64,000 nt of DNA, taken from NCBI RefSeq assembly GCF_035084215.1, contig NC_090339.1, positions 25,234,001 through 25,298,000 of the forward strand. The letters are read 5' to 3'. The notes beneath the pieces were generated by a model. The model was not told the DNA's origin and did no database searches. It saw only the letters and a list, made by a program, of their open reading frames with translations. Both the position numbers and the translations under genes were made by a program. This DNA comes from Heptranchias perlo. Taxonomy: Eukaryota. Position 1 is the stretch's first letter. The number at the start of each line of letters is the position of its first letter. Shown here one piece after another: positions 35,901-50,069 of the stretch.

Positions 35901-37023
35901 TTTAATAGAACTGGCACATAAAAAAGAACTGCTTCTATTGGAAGTGGGACATTAGAATTATTAACATATGGAATAGATCATCACTGTGCAGTGACGGTGG
36001 GCTTGGATATAGCATTCAAAAAAGTTCTTTTGATGACTTATTTGGTGACCAGTGAGGAACTAAGGTATACAAATCATAAAGGTTCCAGGTTTGATCCCTG
36101 ATCTGTGCTAACATCATTCTTTGTGTGAATGTGGACAGTGCGTGTCAGTAAGTTATTCAGCCAACAGCCAAATCTGATCCTGTCTTCATCTGACATCCAC
36201 ATGTATGCATAGTCAAGTAGGGGTCATTGGATAGTCATCAGAAGTTTGGCTGAATTTTCTCCTTCCATGGATGCCATGGCCAACTGTAGCATCCTTACTG
36301 ACACCCTATCAGTTAACCCAGCACAGATCGTAACATGGGTGAAGGAAAGAAGAAATTTGTACACAATAGACCTCTCTCCAGCAGTGGCCTTGCCTCCACT
36401 TTGGTTGAATTATGAAGTGTTTGTTTAGTAGTAGTAGTAGTAGTAGAGTATGCTAATAGGCAAGTCGTTTCCATGGTCCCTGCCCTTCAAGTAAGAACAG
36501 CTGCAAATTTCCCACACCCCAAAGTAGCAGCTGCTGTGGAAACCACAGGCATATTGCCGCATCTCTGGGCTGTATGTGTTAAATAAGTTCTAATTCTCAT
36601 CTCCACAACCATGATGAAACTTTGTGTTCACAATTCTGTAAATGAATTTTCTTGCAATCCATCACCAACTTTGTATTTGAGCCCTGGCATTTTCTATGGA
36701 TGGCATTTTATGATGCTTCTATTCCTACATTTTTTTTAGGTCACACTGAGAACAGCACAGACAAATGTGAAAGGTAGTTCAGGACATGTGCTGGAAAAAA
36801 ATTCTACAGTTGCACTCCTGTAAAATGCTAATCCATTTTCTTTCATGATTTTGAATTAATTGTGCATTTTAATTATAAGGTAGTGCATCTCTAAGGATAG
36901 CAAGGCAGCATAAGTTAGTGTTCATTGGAATAAGTGATCAGATTCCCAGAACAAGTTGTGAGACAGATTTCTAGTTGATGATGTGTGAAGTGCTGAAGGG
37001 GGATGGGCAGTCCCCATTGATGA

Positions 37024-37485
37024 TGTGGAGATGCCGGTGATGGACTGGGGTGGACAAATGTAAGGAATCTTACAACACCAGGTTATAGTCCAATAGTTTT
37101 ATTTGAAAATCACAAGCTTTCGGAGATTATCTCCTTCGTCAGGTGAGTGAGTGAAAGGTTTTCAAATCGCATATCTTATATTAGGCTGGGACACAATCAC
37201 ACCAATCAAAGGTGTCGTTGGTGTTCAGACAAGTTAGCCACGGAAAACAGTACATCCCAGTATACTGAATACACAAGGGTCAGATTACAAAGCCAGAGAG
37301 AGAAAGAGACCCGAAAGGCAGAGAGAGAGAGAGAATGAATGTCCAGTTGTATTAAAAACAGATAACTTTTTTTTGCCTTCTGTGGGGTTACATGTAGCGT
37401 GACATGAACCCAAGATCCCGGTTGAGGCCGTCCTCATGGGTGCGGAACTTGGCTATCAATTTCTGCTCGACGATTTCTGCTCGAA
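37024..37485 (-). mobile_element. 5'-truncated Penelope-like element (end of GIY-YIG ORF plus terminal repeat with hammerhead)
   Basis: Minus translation EQKLIAKFRTHEDGLNRDLGFMSRYM*; hammerhead core 37110-37146; TSD cattgatga at 37015-37023 and 37486-37494. Confidence 0.88.
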
Positions 37486-39869
37486 CATTGATGAGGATAG
37501 GAGAAGACTTAATTCTTTCTGCTTCCAAAATTATGGCAACCTTTGACCCAAATTACTGTGATTTGAGGTTGAAGTTTCTCCCCTTTGTCTAAAGGAATTT
37601 TCTTTCTATGCCATGCCACCATCACCATTCTAGCCCAGACTTTTGGCTAAAACTGCCTCTGAGCACAGGTATGAACGAATGCCTGGGCACCTCTACCATT
37701 GATTTTTTTTCTCCCCGCCCCCCCCCCCCCCCAACCCAGTGGTCGGTAGTATAGTGTGCCAAGGATCACAGGAATGAACCAATGTCCCACCACTTTGTGG
37801 TATTAGTGGAACTGGGTTATGCTCAAGTTGTACAATTTTTTTTAAACTAAATGTTTTATGGAAGACCGATTTTAAAATGAGTAATAATATCCGTCTGAGA
37901 AAAGAACAAGCTCTGCCCACTGGCAAATAATATTTTCATGGTTGACTTCAAGATCCGTGCTCAATATCAAACTTAGAATTACATTTTAAAGCCTGTTAAT
38001 GTAAGGTGGTATGATTGCATAATGCACCAATATTGGAGTGCATTTGTTGTACAGATTCCTGATCTTCCAGAACTTAATTTACGATTGATACATTCAGTCA
38101 TAGCATAGACCCTGCAGAAGAACATTGAGAGATCTTCGCTATAGTTCTGACTTAAAAAGTGATAAATCTGTAAACTGGTCCATAATGGGAAACCTGTAAC
38201 CTAAAGAATCTCTTGGTGGCGCGGGGATGAAGGAATAAGATGGAAGCCCAAGGCTAGATTCCCTTCCCCATCCCTCCACCAGGAACTCTACGATACAGCA
38301 TTACACTATGCAGACCAAAGATCTCAGTTTTGATTCCCAGACTTAGTAAATTTTGTTGATTTCATCCAAGGCAGCAGTTGGAGTGCTACAATCTGCCTCA
38401 GCGCCTTAGGCTAGGGAGGGGAAAAATCATCCAGGCTTCCTACTTCTGCTTGATATCTAGTTACCCCTACTGGGAAGTGTGCCTATGGCTCAGCTGTGAT
38501 GACCCCTCCCATTTTGGAATAGCCTGCCAACACTCATCATTGACACGTACATGAAGGATGGCCACAAGGATGAGCTACTAGTTTTATATCCCAGCATGAG
38601 ATAGCACTCCCTGGAAAGGAGGGGAGGAAAATTATGGGGAGGGGATTACTCCAAGGCTGGGTCTGAATTGGAGCATGTGTTTACTGGCTGCTTTCTTAAC
38701 AGTATGACTCAATGTGGCCAGCTCTGATAATCCTGAAATAGTTCTCCTGCTTGTGTGATTTCTAGTGTATTAGTGGTGGTTAATTGCTGGATGATGTCAT
38801 TTGTCACTCGTGGACTGGATGTCAGCCAGGAAAGAAGCTTATTGTCACATGTGTTCACTAAAGGGAGATGAATCTAGGGGTGTACAACAGGAGGTTTTTT
38901 AGCAGAATGGAATGATCCATCTTTTCTGTTGCTACTTTCTCCTCTTCCCCCTCCCCACTATCACAGCTAAAAATAAACCTAATATTGGATGGTTGCATTC
39001 GCAATAGGGACTTGAACTCCAACCTCTTCATGAAGTTCAGGTTCTGTACTTTTTTATTTTTAAAAATCCCTTCAATTTATCTTTTGAAAGCAGTGGTGAT
39101 GCATACTAGGATATGGTCCTTTTGATTACTGGCAGTCCTATAGAACCTTATATATCTGTACTTTTTAGGTGCGAACCTAGACAGTGTGTCGAGTCAGCTA
39201 TTTAACTGTGGAGATGTCACAACAGAGCCTGATCCTATTTCCATTGATCGCTCACCCACTCTTCCAGCAGAGGTCACTGGATAATGATTTAGAGCAGGAA
39301 TTATTTCCTTCTTTCCTTCTTTCCACCCACCCCACCTAGGGAAACTGAGGCCACAATGTAATCTCCAGTCAGACAAATGGGATCAGAAAGGCTGGAAGAA
39401 CATTGGCACTGGTTTTCCAGTCCCAGTGCCTTTTACATCCATGTCAGAGCAGGTGTGGCACCTGTAATCTTGTGGGGTTTAAGATAACATAACCTCCTTC
39501 TTGGTGAATAGGTGGTATGGATTCAGCAATGCAACAGGTCAGAGCACCACGTAGACAGTGAGGCTGTGGGTCTGTGCCTGTGAATAACTTCCCCTTTTAC
39601 AGGTTCTGACCTTGTGCACTAAACTCAGTAACTCCTTCAAGCTAATTACCCTGATGGAGTCATCCACATCTGAGCTGGATCAGTTTGAAAAATGGCTCTA
39701 GTGCTCAGTTTGTTCTATGGGTAAGATAAAATTAGGGGAGATATTCCACTTTGGTGCGTTGGGAGCGTTGAAGCAAAAATCTTCCCTATTTGGTCCAGTG
39801 ATCCCCATTGCTGACTTCTGCTTTTAAAGAAGAAACTTAAGTTTGCAGCTGCTGTATGCCTTATTTTAA

Positions 39870-40895
<1,026 letters not shown>

Positions 40896-42022
40896 AATGG
40901 GAATAGGAATTCTATTAATGCTAGAAAATCACAGATGGAATTTTTAAAATAAAAGTTCAGTTTTCTCCCACCTAACTAAAGGCTGTAACTAATTTCTGGG
41001 TCATAGTTTCATGGAGATCAGCGGCCCTTTGGCACTTTGCTAGAGAAGTCATTCTTCGTTTGTGAACCTAAATTATTTGAAGGTGGTGGAGCTTCACACC
41101 ATGCCTGATCCTGTACTTACTTTCCGGCAAAGGTCACTGGATAGTGATCAAGAAGAGGAACCCTGGCTGATTGATGTTTTTCTGTCTCCTTCTCCTCTCC
41201 CCTCCCCGTTATCAATGGGTGCTGGGATTTTCTTGCTCTGTATGCCTGAGTACCATATTTGGGCAGTGTATTTTACAACTAAGCCACCAGCGGAGCATCT
41301 TGAGTGACATTTGGACTGGTTCACAAGCAGATATTTTCTATTGGTTTAACACTGGCACTAGCTCTAGCTCTGGAGACATCTGCGACCCAGATGATTTCCA
41401 ACCAGACGTTCGCAACCTCCAAGCTGGAGGAGGTCAGCTCATAAATAGTAATCTAAATGTAGCAAATCTCCCTAGTTGGAAGGAAATTGGAAAGTCTTTG
41501 AGAATTATGTTTTTTTTTAAAAAGCAGGAAATGATGTTTCTGAATGTTGCTGTACACAGCCATATTCAGTATGAACCACTTGATGGATATTGGCTAGAAT
41601 CCACATTATGATATGAGATCAGTATTAAGCACTGTGTGTGCTGCAAAATTGTAAAGCCTAGTCTTAAAACCATCTCAGTAGTAAATGTTAGCAGTCAAGA
41701 AATACCTATACTTGTAGGGAATCACCCCCATCACCACCCATACACTATGGCACAGCCCCCAGTGTGGCAAATTACTGTAAAGAATGACCCCTGCCCCATC
41801 CTGACTTGGTTTACTATGAACAATTTCTCCACCCCCCCCGCCACCCCCAACTATGCCATAGCTCTGCACTCACAGACATGTTACTGTAGAGGCCTCTATC
41901 CCACACTCAGTCCTGTGCTGATCGACAGGCCGCTGTAGACAATACCTCTCTCAAACCCGCACTATGCCACAGCCCCTAATACCTATCAATCCTGAACCAT
42001 CTCACAACCTCATAATGACTAG

Positions 42023-42304
<282 letters not shown>

Positions 42305-43167
42305 TCCCCTTGTTCTACACCAACAGACTATGTTAGACCTAAGAAAACTATTAGATGTAATGGCAGGGCGATGATTTGCTGCTCAAAAGATCACTGTTAG
42401 AAAATGTGAATTTGGGGAAAAGGATTCAACAGAACACAATGAAAAGCAGGCATTCCTTGAGAGAACTCTTTGATGAGTGCAGCTTTCTGGACTGATTTGA
42501 GATCCAAGTAAGAAAGGAAGGCTCCTGTTGCAAGGAATGACTCGTAACTGTCTTGTGCAATCTTTACACATAGTTTGTTTTTCAGTTCTGTTAATTCCAA
42601 GAGAAATCATTGGTCTTTCTTATGCGTACATTGTATCACAGTGAAGCAGTGTACCAATCAGGCAATGCTTCTTTATACATAGTGCATGCACTGCTTTGTT
42701 CTGGAAGGTGGGGGATAATTTCTTTTTATTGTCACATTTTCTTTTTAGCCTTTTTTACTTATTTATCCACTTGGCTTATTCCTTTCTTATAATGAGTGGT
42801 GGGCTTGCTCCACATTGTGCTTGCGTGTAGTAAGCGTATTAATGCATGGTAAGAATTAAGTCATTAAGCCATGTCGATTCTGCATACTTTGAATTCTAGC
42901 AGCTGCAAATTCAGCACAAACATAATGTGTGGCTGCTGTACACACTTATTGTAAACCTTTTGAGTACTGTAGAATGTGTTATTGTTCCAGGAACAGCATG
43001 AACCCTGTGGTTCTGAACATTTCTGTGACTGAATTTTTCAGTTGAGTTTGACCGATGTTATAAGAAAGTATGTATGAATTTTGAAAGCAGCGAAACTCAT
43101 TCAACATTCAAAAAGATTCATTGTAAAATCTGCCCATGGTAAGATAGAAAATCTTTGTTGGATTGTT

Positions 43168-43203
<36 letters not shown>

Positions 43204-43860
43204 AATAATGGAATCAGCATAAACAACTGTCTGAGCCAATGTCACTCCCACGGTCTGAATTTTTCCACCTGTTACAGAAATTCACTGATAAACCTTTGGT
43301 TCTGGTATGAACAAACAGACCCTAGTTGGTTCTATCTGAACAGGAGTTGGTTCTATCTGAACAGGTCTTAACCATTCAACATTAATCTACATCAGCAATC
43401 CTGGCCCCCTCCCTGTCCCCCAAAAATGGCTTCCTCTGAAAACAATCTGTTAATTCCTAAAATATCTTATAAATTGCATTTTTAATTTGAGGATTTTTGT
43501 GAATCCAAATGGAACAAAAGTTGTTTAGTCCATGAGCTAACAAATTAGGATTAGCTCATAATGATTTTTATCCAGTCTTTGAACATAAATATGAACATAA
43601 GAACTGTATCTGCATTTTTAAAAAATGATTTCTTCTCATTGCTGGGATCTGGGTTTGGGAGGATCTTTTTATCTTCAAAGAGGTAAGGATCTATTTTTAT
43701 CAGTGTCTTGTTCCTGTTTTTTGATTTGATATGGCTTCCCAAAAAACAACTCCTCAGACATAATGAGATAAAGATACTTCAGTCATTATAGAACTGGTAT
43801 TTGCATCTTCCCATATTAATCCAAAGGAATGAATCAGAGTGTCTTAATTTATGATATTTG

Positions 43861-43878
43861 AATAAAGTGAAAATTAAA
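43861..43878 (+). terminator. Candidate polyadenylation signals of the TMEM47-like gene
   Basis: AATAAA at 43861 and ATTAAA at 43873, followed by a GT/T-rich stretch, about 1.55 kb after the stop. Confidence 0.45.
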
Positions 43879-44109
43879 TCACCATTTTGTGTTTCATAAT
43901 TATCAGCCAAGCTGTACATATGTTTCAACATACAATCTAGAAAGATTTCCTTCCTCTCCTGGAGGTGATGATTTATACTGGGGTAAGGTTCCAAGGGTGC
44001 AGATAATTCTCTAAAACCTCATACGTGACTGCTTTTCGTAAGCCTAGAAGGTGAAAGTCGACAGGCTGTTTTGACATGGTTGTCAAAAATAATTTGTATT
44101 TATGTAACT

Positions 44110-45035
44110 CCCGTCCTCCATAAACTTCAGTTCTTCCAAAACTCTGCTGCCAGTATCCTATCCTGTACCAAGTCCTGCTCGCCCATTATCCCTGTCCTCA
44201 ATAACCTATTTGGGTTCCAGAACTCCAATACCTCAGATTTTAAAATTCTCCTCCTTACATTTTAAATCCCTCCATGACTTCACCCCTCCTTAAAAGATTG
44301 GCAGTACTCAGTAGGAAAGTCACTCAGTCTGGATGGATGCATGCTAAGTTATTGAGGGAAGTAAGGGTGGAAAATGTGGAGGCTCTGGCCACAATCTTCC
44401 AATCCTTCTTGGTTATGGGAGTGCTGTCAGAGGACTGGAGGATTCACTCCTGTTCAAAAAAGGGGAGAGGGATAAACCCGGCAATTGCAGGCCAGTCAGC
44501 CTGACGGTGGTGGGAAACTTTTAGAGACAACGATCCGGGACAAAATAAATTGGCGCTTGGAAAAGTATGGGCTAATAAATGAAAGTCAGCACAGATTTGT
44601 TAATGGAAAATCGTGTTTGACTAATTTGACTGAGTTCTTTGATGAAGTAACGGAGGTGATTGATGTGTATATGGATTTTCAAAAGGCATTTGATAAAGTA
44701 CCACATAATAGACATGTTAGCAAAATTAAAGCCCATAGGATTAAAGGGACCATGGCAAAGTAGATACATAATTAGCCAAGGGACTGAAAGCAGAGAGTAG
44801 TGGTGAATGATTGTTTTATAGACTGGAGGGAAGTATACAGTGGTGGTCCCCAGGGGTCAATATTAGGACCAGTGCTCTTTTTGATATGGATTATTGACCT
44901 GGACTTGGGTATACAGGGCATAATTTCATAGTTTGCAGATGACAAAACTCAGATGTTGTAAACAACGTGGAGGATAGTATCATACTTCAGGAGGACATAG
45001 GCAGACACATAGCAGATGAAATTTAATGCAGAGAA
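44110..45035 (+). mobile_element. L2 fragment followed by decayed CR1 RT fragment
   Basis: LHKLQFFQNSAA (L2); INESQHRF, SCLTNLTEFF, YMDFQKAFDKVPH (CR1). Confidence 0.85.
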
Positions 45036-45037
45036 GT

Positions 45038-47730
45038 ATCATAGAATCATAGAAAGTAGGGGCACGAATAGGCCATTCGGCCCTTCGGGCCTGCTCCGCC
45101 ATTCAAAATTATCATGGCTGATCATCTAACTCCGTACCCTGTTCCTGCTTTCTCCACATATCCCTTTAGCATTAAGAAATATATCTATCTCCTCCTTGAA
45201 TATATTTAATGAGTTGGCCTCCACTGCCTTCTGTGGTAGAGAATTCCACAGGTTCACCACCCTCTGAGTGAAGAAATTTCTCCTCATCTCTGTTCTAAAT
45301 GGCATACCCCATATCCAGAGACTGTGACCCCTGGTTATGGATTCCCCATCCATCGGGAACATCCTCCCTGCATCTAGTCTGTCTAGTCCTGTTAAATTTT
45401 ATATGTTTCGATGAGATCACCTCTCATTTTTCTAAACTCTAGAGAATATAGGCCTAGTCGACCCAATCTCCCCTTATACGTCAGTCCTGCCATCCTGGGA
45501 ATCAGTCTGGTAAACCTTCATTGCACCCCCTCCATGGCAAGGACATCCTTCCTCAGATAAGGAGACCAAAACTGCACACAATACTCCAGATGTGGTCTCA
45601 CCAAGGCCCTGTACAACTGCAGTAAGACATCCCTGTTCCTGTACTCAAATCCTCTTGCAACGAACACCAACATACCATTCGCCTTCCTAACTGCTTGCTG
45701 CACCTGAATGCTCGCTTTCAGCGACTGGTGTACAAGGACACCCAGGTCTTGTTGCACCTCTCCTTTTCCCAATCTATCACCATTCAGATAATAATCTGTC
45801 TTTCTGTTTTTACAACCAAAGTGGATAACCTCACATTTATCCACGTTATACTGCATCTGCCATGTCCTTGTCTACTCACCCAGCTTGTCTAAATCACATT
45901 GGAGCCTCTTTGCATCCTCCTCACAGCTCACATTCCACCCCAGCTTTGTGTCGTCTGCAAACTTGGAAATGTTACATTCAGTTCCCTCATCCAATCATTG
46001 ATATAGATTGTGAATAGCTGGGGCCCAAGCACTGATCCCTGTGGTACCCCACTGGTCACTGCCTGCCACCTGGAAAAAGACCCGTTTATTCCTACTGTCT
46101 GTCAACCAATTCTCAATCCATGCTAGTATACTCCACGCCCCCCGCCCCCCCCCCCCCCCCAAATCCCATGTGCTTTAATTTTGCACACGAACCTCTTGTG
46201 TGGGACCTTATCAAAAGCCTTCTGAAAATCCAAGTTCATCACATCCACTGGTTCTCCCCTATCTATTCTACTAGTTACCTCCTCAAAAAACTCCATTAGA
46301 TTTGTTAAGCATGATTTCCCTTTCATAAACCCATGCTGTCTTTGTCCAATCCTGTTAATGCCTTCCAAGTGTTCTGCTATCACATCCTTTATAATAGACT
46401 CGAGCATTTTCCCCACTACTGATGTTAGGCTAACTGGTCTGTAATTCCCTGTTTTTTCTCTCCCTCCTTTTTTAAATAGTAGGGTTACATTTGCAGCCCT
46501 CCAATCTGTAGGAACTGTTCCAGAGTCTATAGAATTTTGGAAGATGACCACCAATGCATCCACTATTTCCAGGGCCACTTCCTTTAGTACTCTGGGATGT
46601 TTTTTTTTATTCGTTCATGGGATGTGGGCGTCGCTGACGAGGCCAGCATTTATTGCCCATCCCTAATTGCCCTCGAGAAGGTGGTGGTGAGCCGCCTTCT
46701 TGAACCGCTGCAGTCCGTGTGGTGACGGTTCTCCCACAGTGCTGTTAGGAAGGGAGTTCCAGGATTTTGACCCAGCGACGATGAAGGAACGGCGATATAT
46801 TTCCAAGTCGGGATGGTGTGTGACTTGGAGGGGAACGTGCAGGTGGTGTTGTTCCCATGCGCCTGCTGCTCTTGTCCTTCTAGGTGGTAGAGGTCGCGGG
46901 TTTGGGAGGTGCTGTCGAAGAAGCCTTGGCGAGTTGCTGCAGTGCATCCTGTGGATGGTGCACACTGCAGCCACAGTGCGCCGGTGGTGAAGGGAGTGAA
47001 TGTTTAGGGTGGTGGATGGGGTGCCAATCAAGCGGGCTGCTTTATCTTGGATGGTGTCGAGCTTCTCGAGTGTTGTTGGAGCTGCACTCATCCAGGCAAG
47101 TGGAGAGTATTCCATCACACTCCTGACTTGTGCCTTGTGGATGGTGGAAAGGCTTTGGGGAGTCAGGAGGTGAGTCACTCGCCACAGAATACCCAGCCTC
47201 TGACCTGCTCTCATAGCCACAGTATTTATATGGCTGGTCCAGTTCAGTTTCTGGTCAATGGTGACCCCCAGGATGTTGATGGTGGGGGATTCGGCGATGG
47301 TAATGCCGTTGAATGTCAAGGGGAGGTGGTTAGACTCTCTCTTGTTGGAGATGGTCATTGCCTGGCACTTATCTGGCGCGAATGTTACTTGCCACTTATG
47401 AGCCCAAGCCTGGATGTTGTCCAGGTCTTGCTGCATGCGGGCTCGGACTGCTTCATTATCAGGCCCTGGGGATTTGTCGGCCTTTGGCCCCATTAATTTC
47501 CCTAGCACTATTTTTTTACTAATACTGATTTCCTTCAGTTCTTCCCTCTCAGTAACCCTTTGGTTCCCCCCTCTCACTAGACCCTTTGGTTCCCTAACAT
47601 TTCTGGCAGGTTATTTGTGTCCTCCTTTGTGAAGACAGAACCAAAGTATGTGTTTAATTGTTCTGCCGTTTGTTTGTTCCCCCATTTCTGACTAAGGGAC
47701 CTACATTTGTCTTCACTAATCTTTTTCTCT
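45038..47730 (-). mobile_element. CR1 LINE interrupted by a nested LINE
   Basis: CR1 ORF2 motifs in ORFs 46123-46578, 45518-45856, 45126-45362; tail tatgattctatgat. Confidence 0.93.
46601..47460 (-). mobile_element. Young 5'-truncated copy of the tRNA-headed LINE nested in CR1
   Basis: Uninterrupted ORF C-terminus matching 22177-22950, A tail at 46601. Confidence 0.95.
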
Positions 47731-47749
47731 TGACATATTTATAAAAGCA

Positions 47750-48530
47750 TATGAAGTGATACATTTTGGTAGGAAGAATGAAGAGAGGCAATATAAACTA
47801 AATAGTACAATTATAAAGGGAGTGCAAGAACAGAGACCTGGGGATGTATGTAGACAAATCTTTGAAGGTGGCAGGACAAGTTGAGAAGGTGGTTTTAAAA
47901 AAAAAGCACATGGGAACCTTGGCTTTATTAATAGAGGCATAGAGTACTAAAGGCAGCTATGCTAAACCTTTATAAAACACTGGTTAGGCCTCAGCTGTAG
48001 TAATGTGTTCAATTCTGGGCACCACACTTTAGGAAGGATGTCAAGGCCATGAGAGGGTGCAGAAGAGATTTACTAGAATGGTACCAGGGGTGAGGGACTT
48101 CAGTTATATGGAGACACTGGAGAAGCTGGGGTGGTTTTCCTTAGAGCAGAGACGATTAAGAGGAAATTTGATGGAGGTGTTCAAAATCATGACTGGTTTT
48201 GATAGAGTAAATAAGGAAAAACTGTTTGCAGTGGCAGTAGGGTCGGTAACCAGGGGACACAGAATAAAGTTGATTGGCGAAAGAACCAGAGGTGACATGA
48301 GGAAACATTTTTTCTGCAGCAAGTTGTTATGATCCGGGATGCACTGCCTGAAAGGGTGGTGGAAGCAGATTCAATAGTAACTTTTGAAAGGAAATTAGAT
48401 AAATACTTGAAGGAAAAAAATTGCAGCCCCTTGGGGAAAGAGCAGGGGAATGGGACTAATTGGATAGCTCTTTCAAAGTGGCACAATGGGCCAAATGGCC
48501 TCCTTCTGTGCTGTACCATACTATGTTACA
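47750..48530 (+). mobile_element. CR1 3' fragment
   Basis: QKRFTRMVPG, RRLRGNLMEVFK, TRGHRIKL. Confidence 0.9.
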
Positions 48531-49049
48531 GGTGATCCACACGACAGTGCTGAGAGTTTTTATTTCAGTGATTAGAACTAGCATGCCCTGTGTGTATATA
48601 CTCCATCTTGCATCACTCTCCACCAGTCTGTTTACCTCAAATACATTATAGATTACAACAGCAGACCTTTCTAACCAACAAAAGTAGATGTAGTTGATGT
48701 TGGCCGAGAAAAGAATTACCATCATATTTTACTTCATGTGCAAGACAAAATGAAATTGAATACTATCATTTAAACAAAAGGTCCACTCAAGATTTTGTGT
48801 GGCCACTCCTTGAAAGGGCATAGTTGAAATGATAAGTTTTCAAATCCACTGAAGCTCGCTGTATTCCATTACCAGAGATTTCTGCAGAGCAGCAAGAAAA
48901 TTAATCCTATTCTTTATCACACAAAGTATCGTGTCACAAAGGAACAGAGTCTTTTCGACCTTGTTCATTTTTATTGTTTCACTTAACGAAAAAGGAAAGC
49001 AGGCAAGCATGTAGCTGCATCCATAGAATTCTGTGAAAATTACAACCTG

Positions 49050-49420
49050 GCAACAGGTTGTTCAGTTCAACCAGTCTGTGTTGGTGTTTATACTCCACAC
49101 AAGCAGTAGTGCTAAGCCATATGCCCACTCTGGTCCCATCTTCTGTTATCCCCCTTTCCTTCAACCACCTATCTAACATATTCTTAAAAGTTGACATGGT
49201 CTTTGCATCAATCACTAACTGTAATACTGCATACCTCAGCCTCAAAGCCCTCTTAATAAAAAAAAGTTTCTCCTGCTCTGTCCTAAATCTCTTCAATTTA
49301 ATCTTGTATCTATGTCCCCTCAATCTAGAAACAGCATGCTTCTGTTTACTCTATCCCATCCTTTCATAATTTTAAACATCTTTATCAAATAACCTCTATC
49401 TCTTCTGTTCTAATGAAAAC
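49050..49420 (-). mobile_element. Old CR1 3' fragment
   Basis: RGHRYKI...FKNMLDRWL. Confidence 0.7.
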
Positions 49421-50069
49421 AGTATTTTTTCAAGGGGAAATACTCCTCCAGATAATCAGCAATTCATTTTTGCTGCATAACAGACTGATGGCATCCAAGA
49501 GTGAAGGGTGAGGGAAATATGTGCTTATTAAATATACAAGTTTAATTTCAGTTTGTAATAATTTTTAGTATGGAGCCACTGCAGTCTGTCGCAGCCACAT
49601 TCCTTAGATATAAGAATGGGCAGTTATTGGCTATTTTATGGATAACATCTGAACTATTCTCCCTGCAAAAACCAACCAGAGGAGCTCACCCCCCTTTTAA
49701 AAACTCAGACTAAGATCAGGACCTTAATGTACAGGGGAATACTGTGAGCATTAATCTTGGTCTTACCACTCACTGGTGTAACTGATCTGTAACATGCCAG
49801 CCTGCCATGTGGGTTGAGACTTGTATTTTCAGAATGTACTTTGAATGACCCTGTACACAATATGAAAGAACATAGAGAGAGAATCACTTGGAAGATCACA
49901 ACAATTTTGAACCTGCCAACTTTATTTTAAATGTAGTCATAAAAATAATAAAGTATCCATAAACGTTACTGCCTCACTAGAAGTAGATGGAGTGCCATAA
50001 AGAACAGAATATCTTGTGACAGAAATGGTACATATTCTACTTTTCAGTTTTAAAATACAGTTTAGGTGG

